Source of the DNA: a bacterium
GTDB lineage: Bacteria; Patescibacteriota; Microgenomatia; Curtissbacterales; GWA2-41-24
Assembly (NCBI GenBank): GCA_021813945.1
Contig: JAKAJD010000003.1
Location: 1-43,192 of the forward strand
DNA length: 43,192 bases
Direction of reading: 5' to 3'
A program made the translations under genes and the position numbers. Numbering within the stretch: the stretch's first letter is position 1; every line of letters starts with the position of its first letter. Positions 25,532 through 34,766 of the stretch are shown here, one piece after another. Below the pieces are notes generated by a model. The model was not told the DNA's origin and did not search any database. It worked only from the letters and a program-made list of their open reading frames with translations.

Positions 25532-26494
25532 TTATTGCTTGGCAAGCTCTTTTAGAAGTCCTTCGCCAACACTTATTCCAGGGTGAATTCTGAAGGCAAA
25601 AAAGCGATCTTGATTGCCGATTGTGGTTCCGGCAACAGTCGAGGCAGCTGTTCGAAATCCGGCTTCTTTAACAAGAGCTATTGTTGAAAGGTTAAATGAA
25701 CCGTAAGGATAAGCAAAAGCTGTTATTGGAACGCCCAACTTTTGCTCAAGTTGGATTTTGCTGGTGTTGATTTCTATCTTGGCTGAGTTCTCATTTAGTG
25801 ATGCCAATCCTAAATGATGAGCGGTGTGGGCGCCTATCTCGACAAGCCCACTTTGGGCAACAGAGGTAAGCTCGGCTGATGTCATGTAGTTGGGACGATC
25901 TATAAAGCCGGAAACAATGTAGGCTACTGCCTTAACGTTATATTTTTTCAGAATTGGCAGAACATCAAAGTAGAAATCTTCGTAACCGTCGTCAAATGTC
26001 AGAACCACAGGTTTAGGTGGAGCAGGTTTAATATTGTCCAGAATGTCTGCAACATCCGACATATTTATAAATGTATAGCCGCTATCTTGGAGGGTTTTGA
26101 TTTGCTTTTCAAATGTTTCCGGCAAGATATCCAAAGACATGCGAATGGTATCTTTTCTATCGCGGACGTGTTCAACATAGTGGTATATGAGAATTGGCAG
26201 ATGGAAAGTTTGCCCATCTGCTCTAATGCCACTCGCGGGCTGGCCTGTTTTGACTGCTTGATCTATGGCTTGGCGAACATCGTCGGGGATGTTGTATTGC
26301 GAGATTTGGTCTTCGTTTTGTGATTTCGTGGAGTTGCCGGTTACAAATAATTTATTGAGTTGATTTGCGCTTAGGCTTTTGTTGACAAGCAAAAAGGAAA
26401 AAAAGATAAAAAATATCAAAGCAAGAACAAAGAATCCGGATCCAAGCGCTACCATAAGTGTTAATTGCCTATTTTTTCTTGAATACTTTTTCAT
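25532..26494 (-). CDS. Polysaccharide deacetylase (CE4/NodB-like), membrane anchored
   Basis: LTFDDGY, GAHTAHH, FAYPYG motifs; N-terminal TM. Confidence 0.92.
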   Translation of the reverse strand: MKKYSRKNRQLTLMVALGSGFFVLALIFFIFFSFLLVNKSLSANQLNKLFVTGNSTKSQNEDQISQYNIPDDVRQAIDQAVKTGQPASGIRADGQTFHLPILIYHYVEHVRDRKDTIRMSLDILPETFEKQIKTLQDSGYTFINMSDVADILDNIKPAPPKPVVLTFDDGYEDFYFDVLPILKKYNVKAVAYIVSGFIDRPNYMTSAELTSVAQSGLVEIGAHTAHHLGLASLNENSAKIEINTSKIQLEQKLGVPITAFAYPYGSFNLSTIALVKEAGFRTAASTVAGTTIGNQDRFFAFRIHPGISVGEGLLKELAKQ

Positions 26495-26580
26495 TGATTT
26501 TTATATTATATCTTTGGCTTGTTGGTGTTGATAGATGGATAGGTTTGATTTTCTTATTATTTTGTAGTATTTTGTACTTA

Positions 26581-26632
26581 GGTATACAGAGTTGTGTGCC
26601 AAGACAAAGACGTCGAATCGGCGTCTTTTTTT
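26581..26632 (+). promoter_or_regulatory. ANTAR-type dual-hairpin leader overlapping an intrinsic terminator (site 1)
   Basis: P1 GGTATAC-AGAGTT-GTGTGCC, P2 GAC-AAAGAC-GTC (both hexaloops with A1/G4); P2 overlaps the 5' arm of terminator AAAGACGTCG-AAT-CGGCGTCTTT followed by a T run. Confidence 0.75.
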
Positions 26633-26646
26633 GTTGGAGAAAAATT

Positions 26647-27030
26647 ATGATCGATCGAACTGAATTAACTGGAAATGAAAGTGGATATGAAGGTCTTCAC
26701 CAAGGTTTGGTGGCAGCTTACCGGCAATCTGGTGATGGATGGCGGGTAGTAGAGTTAGCTCGGGATTTGATGCGCGAGGCATACCGGGATAGAGGAAGGA
26801 GCGGTATTATCGATTTATCTCGTAAGCCAACGCCTCAGGTTAAAAGTGCTTTGGATAATTTGGACGGGGATGTGCGTGGTAGACTTTTAAGTCTTGCCAA
26901 AAATGAACCATTAAGAGAGGGTTCCATCGAGGGTTTAAGAGAATATTTTAGTGAGCACTTTGCCCAAGCGGAAGCTGCAGTCCGTTGTATTTTAGGTGCA
27001 CATATTGAAGCAAGCAGAAGTGCTGCTTAG
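26647..27030 (+). CDS. Hypothetical protein (start reassigned to ATG 26647)
   Basis: GGAGA SD; begins 14 nt after the terminator T run. Confidence 0.7.
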   Translation: MIDRTELTGNESGYEGLHQGLVAAYRQSGDGWRVVELARDLMREAYRDRGRSGIIDLSRKPTPQVKSALDNLDGDVRGRLLSLAKNEPLREGSIEGLREYFSEHFAQAEAAVRCILGAHIEASRSAA

Positions 27031-27042
27031 ATAGAGTTTGCT

Positions 27043-27095
27043 GCACAAGGAATGTGCAAATATAGACAAAGGCGTCTTAAAAGACGTCTTTTTTT
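27043..27095 (+). promoter_or_regulatory. ANTAR-type dual-hairpin leader overlapping an intrinsic terminator (site 2)
   Basis: P1 GCAC-AAGGAAT-GTGC (7-nt loop, A1/G4), P2 GAC-AAAGGC-GTC overlapping terminator AAAGGCGTC-TTAAAA-GACGTCTTT followed by a T run. Confidence 0.7.
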
Positions 27096-27133
27096 AATCG
27101 CAAAAAAAGGCGGCAAGAAAGGAGGCGAGAAAC

Positions 27134-27361
27134 ATTAGTCGAGAAAATCTAATAAGCGCTGTGGCGAACAGAGCCGGTTTGGAGTTTAACAGAGCCACAG
27201 ATAAACTTGAACACTTGGAAGGCGCTCCACTCGATGTAGTCTATCGAGCAATAAGGGATGATCTGAGTGTAGATTGCGAAACAGCAAGGGATTTTGTAAT
27301 CGGACTGGATAGCGGCGCCTTTTATATTCCTGAACCGCGTGAGTTGGGGATAGGAGATTAG
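27134..27361 (+). CDS. Small hypothetical protein (ATT start 27134 or GTG 27161)
   Basis: AAGGAGG SD at 27119-27125 is spaced for in-frame ATT 27134; the first conventional start is GTG 27161. Confidence 0.55.
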   Translation: MSRENLISAVANRAGLEFNRATDKLEHLEGAPLDVVYRAIRDDLSVDCETARDFVIGLDSGAFYIPEPRELGIGD

Positions 27362-27384
27362 TCTAAGTGTGTTAAAATCTGGCC

Positions 27385-28074
27385 GTGGCAGATAGCAAAA
27401 ATCGGGAACTGGAGATACTTTCGGCGATTGTTGATTCAATTGCCTATAACCTAGACCTTGATGCAGTTTTGGGGCAGATTGTGGAAATTGTCCACAAAGA
27501 AACTTTGGCTGATTCTATCTTTCTTTATGTTTACGATGAGCCTTCGGCACAAGTTGTGCTTCGTGCTTCTAAAAACCCGCACCCAACCTTACTGGGGAAA
27601 GTGTCTTTGAATTTGGGGGAAGGGATAACTGGTTGGGTTGCAGAACACAAAAAAATTGTCGAGATTACCGAAAACGCTTCGGACGATAAGCGGTTTAAGT
27701 TTTTCCATGATATTCCGGAAGATAGATATGAAGCATTTTTGTCTTTACCTATTACTTTTCAGGGTAAATTGATTGGTGTTGTAAATATCCAGTATAAAAA
27801 GCCTAAAAAACACACGCCTGAGCAAATTCGGTTGCTTTCGACTGTGGCTAAGCAAGTTGGTGGAGCTTTGGAAAACGCAAGGCTTGTTTTGGAGTCGGCT
27901 GCCCTTAAGGATGCGCTCGAAACAAGAAGGCTTGTCGACCAAGCAAAAGGGATTCTTATAAAAAAGGAGGGCATGAGTGAGCCCGAAGCATATTCTCACT
28001 TGCAGAAACTTTCAATGAAACACAGAAAACCAATCCGCGAAATTGCCGAGGCGGTTGTAATTTCTTCAAAATAA
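27385..28074 (+). CDS. GAF-ANTAR RNA-binding antiterminator
   Basis: N-terminal GAF (GEGITGWVA...FLSLPI...LIGVVN), C-terminal ANTAR (RRLVDQAKGIL...EPEAY..LQKLSM...IAEAVV). Confidence 0.93.
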   Translation: MADSKNRELEILSAIVDSIAYNLDLDAVLGQIVEIVHKETLADSIFLYVYDEPSAQVVLRASKNPHPTLLGKVSLNLGEGITGWVAEHKKIVEITENASDDKRFKFFHDIPEDRYEAFLSLPITFQGKLIGVVNIQYKKPKKHTPEQIRLLSTVAKQVGGALENARLVLESAALKDALETRRLVDQAKGILIKKEGMSEPEAYSHLQKLSMKHRKPIREIAEAVVISSK

Positions 28075-28111
28075 GTAATTAAAGTAATCAAGTATTGACA
28101 TTTTGAGGTAG

Positions 28112-28131
28112 ATATGATTAAATTCACATAT
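28112..28131. promoter_or_regulatory. Candidate ArsR operator (ATATG-N10-CATAT)
   Basis: Inverted repeat between TTGACA (28095-28100) and the arsR start. Confidence 0.5.
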
Positions 28132-28143
28132 TAACATATTCTC

Positions 28144-28434
28144 ATGAATGCAAATGCTATCAAAATCTTCAAGTCTTTAGGAGACCCTACACGAATTCGG
28201 GTGCTTCTTTTGTTGCAGCACAAGAAAGAAGAAACGTGCCAAAACTTGATGAAAGAATTTCCCCTAACGCAATCTGCAATGTCGAGGCATTTTAACAAAA
28301 TGGTCGACGGCGGAGTGCTTTCAGGAAGGCGTGACGGAGCATTGTGGTTTTACAGTATAAACAGGGAATTTCTGAAAAAATCCGGAATCGATATAGACAG
28401 AATTTTGGAAAATTACAAAAAAGAAATTAATTAG
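28144..28434 (+). CDS. ArsR/SmtB-family regulator
   Basis: FKSLGDPTRIRVL...TCQNL...TQSAMSRHF...G...YSIN. Confidence 0.9.
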   Translation: MNANAIKIFKSLGDPTRIRVLLLLQHKKEETCQNLMKEFPLTQSAMSRHFNKMVDGGVLSGRRDGALWFYSINREFLKKSGIDIDRILENYKKEIN

Positions 28435-28448
28435 GAGGTGATTTAGTT

Positions 28449-28610
28449 ATGTGCTACAACTGTGGATGCGGAATGCTCGATAACGATATGGGCAATCCGG
28501 ATAACATTACAACAAGTGATTTTAAGGCTGCGGCAGGGGCTTCAAATCAGAGCGAAAAGGAAGCTAAAGAGCAAACTTTTGAGGCTTTGAAAAGAGAGTT
28601 AGGAAAGTAA
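28449..28610 (+). CDS. 53-aa CxxCxC microprotein (not in ORF track)
   Basis: MCYNCGCGMLDNDMGNPDNITTSDFKAAAGASNQSEKEAKEQTFEALKRELGK*; strong SD GGAGGTG; paralog at 29098. Confidence 0.85.
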   Translation: MCYNCGCGMLDNDMGNPDNITTSDFKAAAGASNQSEKEAKEQTFEALKRELGK

Positions 28611-28618
28611 TAATCAGA

Positions 28619-28762
28619 TTAAATTCTGGCTGATGTGATAATTGCCAGAGTGGTAATTACCATGCCAGCCGCAATTGCTGCACTTGAAGCTATAATTTTT
28701 CGGTATACGTGTTCATACATTGCCCGGTTATGTGCCTGTTGAGTGAAGTAGACGCTTTTCAT
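28619..28762 (-). CDS. Possible 47-aa single-TM protein (not in ORF track)
   Basis: MKSVYFTQQAHNRAMYEHVYRKIIASSAAIAAGMVITTLAIITSARI*. Confidence 0.4.
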   Translation of the reverse strand: MKSVYFTQQAHNRAMYEHVYRKIIASSAAIAAGMVITTLAIITSARI

Positions 28763-28891
28763 ATTAAACAGTTTATCGTGACGGCTTTAGAACAATTAAT
28801 TGGAAGCTGTAATAAAAGTGTTAATTCTTCTTAGTCTTTTTCTCATCTTATTTACACATTATTCTTACAGCCTGCTTTTAAGATACGTTTT

Positions 28892-29074
28892 GTGAAATAT
28901 AAAGTTAAAGACGATTCTTTTTTTAACAAGGGGACATTAGGACGCTGGGTTTTAATTTACCTAATAATAGCGGCGGTCATATTTAGTCTTGTTTATTACT
29001 TTCTACTTACCGTTCCCAAGGTCGACGGAATGACGCTTCGCACGCAAACAATGATTCTGAATAGACAAATATAA
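28892..29074 (+). CDS. Small single-TM protein
   Basis: WVLIYLIIAAVIFSLVYYF hydrophobic stretch. Confidence 0.5.
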   Translation: MKYKVKDDSFFNKGTLGRWVLIYLIIAAVIFSLVYYFLLTVPKVDGMTLRTQTMILNRQI

Positions 29075-29097
29075 TTTTGAGGAGGTGATTTGGGTTT

Positions 29098-29292
29098 ATG
29101 TGCTACAACTGCGGATGTGGAATGCCCGATGATGACATGGGTCAAGGGCATGCAGGAGTTGACCCGGGTGGTAAATCAATAACCAATAAAACTTTTAAGG
29201 CAGCGTCAGATTCTCAGGGAATGAGTGTGGAAGAATCAAAAAAGAATGCTTTGGATCTTTTACAAAAGACCTTGGGAGAAAAAGGCGATTAA
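29098..29292 (+). CDS. 64-aa CxxCxC microprotein
   Basis: MCYNCGCGMPDDDMG...; SD GGAGGTG. Confidence 0.85.
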   Translation: MCYNCGCGMPDDDMGQGHAGVDPGGKSITNKTFKAASDSQGMSVEESKKNALDLLQKTLGEKGD

Positions 29293-29328
29293 CTTCTCAG
29301 TGCAAAAGTCAGAATTTAGTTTTACAAT

Positions 29329-30285
29329 GTGCCTGTGGAAAAAATAACTTTAAATTCTGGCGGCAAAATGCCGGTTTTGGGCCTTGGAACGTGGAAATCG
29401 AAGCCGGATGCTGTAGGCGCGGCAGTAGAATATGCTCTCTGCGAAGCTTCTTACGATCATATTGACTGCGCCTCGATTTACAGAAACGAAGATGAAATTG
29501 GAAGGTCTCTAAAAAATGTTTTTGAAAGCGGTAAAAGAAAAAGGGAAGATGTTTTTATCAACAGCAAGCTTTGGAATACAGATCACAAGAGAGGCGCTGT
29601 TAAAGCAGCATGTCAGGCAACTCTTTCGGATCTTAATCTCAAATATTTAGATTTGTACTTGATGCATTGGGGAATTGCTATTCCTCCAAATGAAAATAAT
29701 AGGCAACATTACGGAAGGCTAGAAGAGCAATTGGACGAGAACGATTATCTTATTTTGGACAAAATTTCTGTTCGGGAGACTTGGGAAGCGATGGAAGAGC
29801 TGGTTTCTGCCGGTTTAGTTAAAGCGATCGGGGTTGCTAACTTTACTGCTCCTCAACTCGTCGATCTTTTAACCTATGCAAAAGTTAAACCTGCAATGAA
29901 TCAAATTGAATTGCATCCTTACCTACAACAGACAAGGCTTATTGAGTTTTGCAAATCACAAGATATTGTTGTGACTGCTTATTCTCCTTTGGGCTCGCCA
30001 GGGAATTATAGAGGAAGCGGTTTGCCGGTGTTGGTGGAGGATGAAACTATTGCGGAGATTGCTAAAAATCATGGTAAATCGCCAGCGCAAATTCTTATAA
30101 GATGGGCGATACAACGAGGAACTGTGGTTATTCCCAAAAGTGTTACACCAGAGCGAATCAAAGAAAATACAGATGTTTTTGGTTTTGAACTATCAGACGA
30201 TGAAATGAAAAAAGTCGCCGGTTTGGATCGGAATGTGCGTTTTGTCGACCCTTACAGTTGGTGGAAAATTCCCTATTTTGGGTAA
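29329..30285 (+). CDS. Aldo/keto reductase
   Basis: LGLGTW, HIDCASIY.NE, SKLWN, LDLYLMHW, IGVANF, NQIELHPY, IPKS. Confidence 0.96.
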   Translation: MPVEKITLNSGGKMPVLGLGTWKSKPDAVGAAVEYALCEASYDHIDCASIYRNEDEIGRSLKNVFESGKRKREDVFINSKLWNTDHKRGAVKAACQATLSDLNLKYLDLYLMHWGIAIPPNENNRQHYGRLEEQLDENDYLILDKISVRETWEAMEELVSAGLVKAIGVANFTAPQLVDLLTYAKVKPAMNQIELHPYLQQTRLIEFCKSQDIVVTAYSPLGSPGNYRGSGLPVLVEDETIAEIAKNHGKSPAQILIRWAIQRGTVVIPKSVTPERIKENTDVFGFELSDDEMKKVAGLDRNVRFVDPYSWWKIPYFG

Positions 30286-30288
30286 ATC

Positions 30289-31095
30289 ATGGCAGATTCA
30301 GAAAAGCAAGAAATAATCAGTTTTTTCCACGAGATATCTCCAATAATCCTGGCATTAGCTGCAGAGAAATTCAAAAAAGCCAAGATTGTTAAATACAAAG
30401 GCAGGGATAAGGACACTTTGAATTTTGTGACAGAGGCGGATATTGCTTGTGAGAATGTGATAGTTGCGGAGATTAAAAAAAGGTTTCCGGCCGATGGGGT
30501 TGTGGCTGAAGAAAATTATTCTAATGTGAAGGTTGGGCAACATGGGCGGTTTTGGATTATTGATCCCATCTGCGGTACTTCTAATTTTGCCAAAGAGCTA
30601 AAGCTTTTTGTTTCTAATATTGCGCTTGCTGAGGATGGTAAATTGGTTGCAGGGTGTGCGGTTGACCATTCTCAGGGAGAGTACATTTGGAGTGTAGGAA
30701 AGGGAATTTTTATTGGGCAAAAGAAGGCTGATTTGGGGCGAAAATCTTCCGGTCGGACAATCGAGGTTGATTTAGGGGCGGCCATGACCGGTTCTCGAGC
30801 GATAAGGGAACAATTTGCAAGGTTTGTCTCTAAGCTTGTTGTTGAGACCAACTATGCGCCGGTGTCTTACAATTCATCTCTGGGTTTTTCTTACGCAGCA
30901 ATTGGCAGATTAGATGCTTATGTTAGCGCAGATAACAAAGTTTGGGATGTAGCAGCGCCGAATTTTCTGATAATGGTAGCAGGTGGTGTTGTGACCACGT
31001 TTGAGGGAAAGCCCTGGACTTTGGAATCCAGAAGCGTTGTTGCAGCAAGAGAAAAAGATTTCCATAAAGAGTTGATAAGCTATTTAAATAGCTAA
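30289..31095 (+). CDS. Inositol monophosphatase family protein
   Basis: FVTEAD, AEE, WIIDPICGTSNF, WDVAA. Confidence 0.92.
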   Translation: MADSEKQEIISFFHEISPIILALAAEKFKKAKIVKYKGRDKDTLNFVTEADIACENVIVAEIKKRFPADGVVAEENYSNVKVGQHGRFWIIDPICGTSNFAKELKLFVSNIALAEDGKLVAGCAVDHSQGEYIWSVGKGIFIGQKKADLGRKSSGRTIEVDLGAAMTGSRAIREQFARFVSKLVVETNYAPVSYNSSLGFSYAAIGRLDAYVSADNKVWDVAAPNFLIMVAGGVVTTFEGKPWTLESRSVVAAREKDFHKELISYLNS

Positions 31096-31097
31096 GG

Positions 31098-31787
31098 ATG
31101 AAACTTAAAGTTTTGTGCTGGAATATTTGGACCGATGGCGATTTCGATGAGGTCTGCCGTTTTTTAAAAGCAGCGGATGCAGATATTATTGGGCTTGAGG
31201 AAGTGCAAGCGGATGTTCCGGAACGTGATGTCATTGGTTTTCTTTTCAAATTAGGCTATGGCCATGTTTTTGCGCCGGTAAAAAAAGACTGGGGGAATAG
31301 GATTGTTTCCGACGGGCCGGCGGTTTTTAGCAAGCATAAGATTCTCAAATCGGAAACCTATCTTCTTTCGAGCACTGACCCGAGAGCCGCTGCTAGGGCG
31401 GACATTCAAATAGGGGGTGAAACTTTGCACATTTTTGGAACTCACTTGGTTCACAGTCACCAAAAGCCTTATAAGGTTCAGGAGGAACAGGCAAGGAAGC
31501 TTTTGAGTTTAGTTCCGGAAGAGAGCAGTATTGTGATGGGAGACTTTAACGCAGGTCCCGATAGCGAAGCAATAAGGATTTTAAGCAGCAGGCTTGTTAA
31601 CTCAGATTCTGGCTTGACGCCGACATGGAGTGTCTATCCTGAGGGTTGTGCCGTATGCAAGCCGGAAAAAGTTAGTATCAAGCTAGATTACATTTTTATA
31701 ACATCTGACCTGGAAGCTAGTAACTTTCAAGTAGAAGCTTCAAAAGCATCCGATCATCTGCCTATTTCTCTGGCTTTAGCGCTTTAG
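31098..31787 (+). CDS. Endonuclease/exonuclease/phosphatase family protein
   Basis: WNI, GLEEV, THL, MGDFNA, LDYIF, ASDHLP. Confidence 0.92.
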   Translation: MKLKVLCWNIWTDGDFDEVCRFLKAADADIIGLEEVQADVPERDVIGFLFKLGYGHVFAPVKKDWGNRIVSDGPAVFSKHKILKSETYLLSSTDPRAAARADIQIGGETLHIFGTHLVHSHQKPYKVQEEQARKLLSLVPEESSIVMGDFNAGPDSEAIRILSSRLVNSDSGLTPTWSVYPEGCAVCKPEKVSIKLDYIFITSDLEASNFQVEASKASDHLPISLALAL

Positions 31788-31817
31788 AAAAAGAGTTTAC
31801 AATCAAAAATAATTGCT

Positions 31818-33332
31818 GTGAAGAAAAATTTGCCGCTTTTGGCTGTTTTAGGTGTTGTTCTTTTAGGTCTTTTAATTAGGATCGTTCCCACATTTGGCAA
31901 TAATTTTTACTTCACAATGGATATTGCCAATGAGGCAACGAAGGCAAGAGAAATTATATTTTTTAGATTGCATCCCCTAGTAGGACAGGAAACAAGCATC
32001 CCAGGTTTTTACCATGGCCCATTGTGGCTTTACTACATCAGTATCGGATATTTGCTTTTTAACTTTCACCCTTTCGGTTCCCTTTTTATGCTCTTTTTAT
32101 TAAACGCTGCAGCAACTGCAGTTTTGATGTGGAGGGTTATAAAGAAGGTAAGTTTAAAAGTCGGTATTTTAATTGGTTTATCGCTTCAGTTTTTTTGGCC
32201 TTATTACGACACAACCCGATTTGCTTTTAGTCCTTTTCCTTTGGTATCTGTTGCAATTGTCAACTTAATACTCCTTGCTTGGGCACTCGAGGGAAATGTT
32301 GGAGCTCTAATTGGATCTGCTGTCGTCAGTTCCCTACCGTCCCATTTGGAAGTGGCAAGTTTGCCACCATTTTTGGGACTTTTCTCAGCGGTGGCGTTTT
32401 GGCTTTTTGTTAAAAAAAGGTTCACGGGTAAGCAGTTTTTCTATGCAATTTTGGCTCTTGCTGCAACTCATTTGGCAAGAATTGTGTCAGAGTTGCTTTC
32501 TGATTTTTCTCAGCTCAGAGCAATTCAAGAGCATGCAGCGTCTCAACGTAGCTTTTTGTCGACAACTCAGTTTATTAAATTTTTTGGCCAGATGATTGAG
32601 ATTATTCGACAAGGTTTGGTGCCGCAAAACACTATTCTATCTATTTTTTTGATTCTAGGTTTTGCTTTGATCCTTTATAAACAGAAAAAAAAGAACCGGT
32701 TTATTTTAAGGTTTGCTGTTTTAACATTTATTCTTTGCGTCTTTAGTTTTGTCTGGTTTGCGTCAAATACGGGTTGGCACCCATGGCACACAGTCTATAT
32801 TGCACCTCTGGTTTTTATTTCAACTCTTCTTATTGGAAGTTCCCTAAAGCGTAAATGGGCAATTGCCGTTTGCATTTTTTTAATTGCTGTTCAGCTGCCA
32901 GTGTTTTATAAAAATTACATTTATAATTTTAGGCCGACCAATGATGCCAGTATTCTTTCCAATGAATTGGCTGCTATTGATTGGACGTATTCGGAAAGCG
33001 GTGGACAAGGTTTTTACGTTTATACCTTTCTGCCATCGGTTTACGATTACCCTTATCAATATTTATACTGGTGGCGAGGAACCAGAAAATATAAATACGT
33101 TCCTTGTGAATACACGACATATCCCGGAGTGCCCGACTTTTTTGTCAGAAACTACGCTTTATACCAAAAGCCACAAAGATCATGTGAGAATGTAAGATAT
33201 TTGATTGTGGAGCCTGATCAAAATACTGGTACGCAAGCACTGTGGCTTTCGGAAGTCAGGAAAAGCACCAGTTTAGACAAGGAAGCAAACTTTGGAACAA
33301 TTAGGGTTGAAAAAAGAAAAATTAACCCTTAA
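31818..33332 (+). CDS. GT-C fold (GT39/ArnT-like) membrane glycosyltransferase
   Basis: Many TM segments, early P.VG...G.Y.GP.W.Y loop, soluble C-terminus. Confidence 0.75.
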   Translation: MKKNLPLLAVLGVVLLGLLIRIVPTFGNNFYFTMDIANEATKAREIIFFRLHPLVGQETSIPGFYHGPLWLYYISIGYLLFNFHPFGSLFMLFLLNAAATAVLMWRVIKKVSLKVGILIGLSLQFFWPYYDTTRFAFSPFPLVSVAIVNLILLAWALEGNVGALIGSAVVSSLPSHLEVASLPPFLGLFSAVAFWLFVKKRFTGKQFFYAILALAATHLARIVSELLSDFSQLRAIQEHAASQRSFLSTTQFIKFFGQMIEIIRQGLVPQNTILSIFLILGFALILYKQKKKNRFILRFAVLTFILCVFSFVWFASNTGWHPWHTVYIAPLVFISTLLIGSSLKRKWAIAVCIFLIAVQLPVFYKNYIYNFRPTNDASILSNELAAIDWTYSESGGQGFYVYTFLPSVYDYPYQYLYWWRGTRKYKYVPCEYTTYPGVPDFFVRNYALYQKPQRSCENVRYLIVEPDQNTGTQALWLSEVRKSTSLDKEANFGTIRVEKRKINP

Positions 33333-33374
33333 TTTCGTCTTGATATTTGGTGGTATAATGACCCTTCGACTATT

Positions 33375-33767
33375 ATGAAGAAATCTCCAGTTGTGCATTT
33401 TGAAATGCCTTACAAAAACCCAAAACGGGTTTCTAAATTTTACAGTTCAGTATTTGGCTGGGAAATGAACGATGCCGGAGCTGATATGGGCAATTATGTC
33501 GTGGCTTATACGGCTGAGGTGGACAAAAATAGAATGGTTAAAACTCCCGGTACGATAAACGGAGGTTTTTACAAGTGGTCTGCTAAATCTAAAGAGCCTT
33601 CGGTTGTTATTTCGGTTGATGACATTAAAGTGAGCATAGCAGCAGTTAAAAAAGCGGGAGGAAAGATACTTGGCAAGCCACAGGAAATCCCTGGAATTGG
33701 GATGTGGGTTTCTTTTAGGGACAGCGAGGGAAATAGAGTTAGTATTCTACAGGCTAGTCCTAGATAA
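33375..33767 (+). CDS. VOC/glyoxalase family protein
   Basis: VVHFEM...FY..VFGW...INGGF...VDDI...GGK...IPGIG...F.DSEGNRV. Confidence 0.92.
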   Translation: MKKSPVVHFEMPYKNPKRVSKFYSSVFGWEMNDAGADMGNYVVAYTAEVDKNRMVKTPGTINGGFYKWSAKSKEPSVVISVDDIKVSIAAVKKAGGKILGKPQEIPGIGMWVSFRDSEGNRVSILQASPR

Positions 33768-33861
33768 TTTCCCTCTTACAAATTTAATACATTTTTCTTA
33801 CGAAAGATTGTCAGGGAGCCCTTTATGATGAAATCTTTCCCACGAAACCAGAGTTTTTATT

Positions 33862-34383
33862 ATGGATAGGGTAAACAAAAAGATAATAATAGAACGGATA
33901 TTTGATGCTCCAAGAGAAGCGGTTTGGAATGCGTGGACGGATCCAACAGAAGTTAAAAAATGGTGGGGTCCTAAGGATTTTTGGTCACCTTCTGCAAAAA
34001 TAGATTTTAAGGTTGGGGGCAAATATATTTACGCGATGCACGGACCAAAAGGAACGGAATATGACCGCGATCTTTGGAGTGCCGGAATTTACAGAGAAAT
34101 TGTGCCTAAGAAAAAGATCGTCGTTTCCGATTATTTTTCTGATAGCCAAGGGAATAAAACAAGCCCGACAGATCATGGTTTAAGCCCTGATTTTCCGACT
34201 GAGATGAATGTTGAAGTAACATTTAACGAAATTGGCAAAGAAAAAACTAAACTTTCTATTGTCTACACCCCTGAGTCAGAAAGTCAGTATGAAGCAATGA
34301 TTAAAACTGGAATGGAAGAGGGTTGGGGGACAAGTTTAGACAAATTGGCTAACTTATTAAAAAGCGGGGAGGTGAGTAATTAA
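33862..34383 (+). CDS. SRPBCC/AHSA1 domain protein
   Basis: ERIFDAPREAVWNAWTDP...WWGP...GW..SLDKL. Confidence 0.92.
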   Translation: MDRVNKKIIIERIFDAPREAVWNAWTDPTEVKKWWGPKDFWSPSAKIDFKVGGKYIYAMHGPKGTEYDRDLWSAGIYREIVPKKKIVVSDYFSDSQGNKTSPTDHGLSPDFPTEMNVEVTFNEIGKEKTKLSIVYTPESESQYEAMIKTGMEEGWGTSLDKLANLLKSGEVSN

Positions 34384-34766
34384 TGCTTAACTTTAACTCA
34401 ATTTTGCTTTCGACAGAAGATCCAAAAAAACTGGCCGAGTTCTATGCAAAGGTTTTCGATAAAAAACCGGAGATGGAAGAGGACAAGTACATTGGATTTT
34501 TGGTAGGAAGCTGTTTTTTTAGTATTGGAGAACACGACAAAATCCATGGAAAAAATCCGAACGCGGACAGGATCCTTTTTAACTTTGAAACAAAAGACGT
34601 AAAAGGGGAATTTGAAAGGATAAAGGGAATCGGTGCTGAGGTTATCAAAGAACCATATAAAATGGGTGAAGGAGACTTCTGGATCGCAACTTTTGCTGAT
34701 CCCGACGGAAACTATTTTCAGGTTTTGACTCCTTGGGACGAAGGCAATGAACAAAAAGAAAAATAG
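34383..34766 (+). CDS. VOC family protein
   Basis: LAEFY..VF...FADPDGNYFQV. Confidence 0.9.
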   Translation: MLNFNSILLSTEDPKKLAEFYAKVFDKKPEMEEDKYIGFLVGSCFFSIGEHDKIHGKNPNADRILFNFETKDVKGEFERIKGIGAEVIKEPYKMGEGDFWIATFADPDGNYFQVLTPWDEGNEQKEK

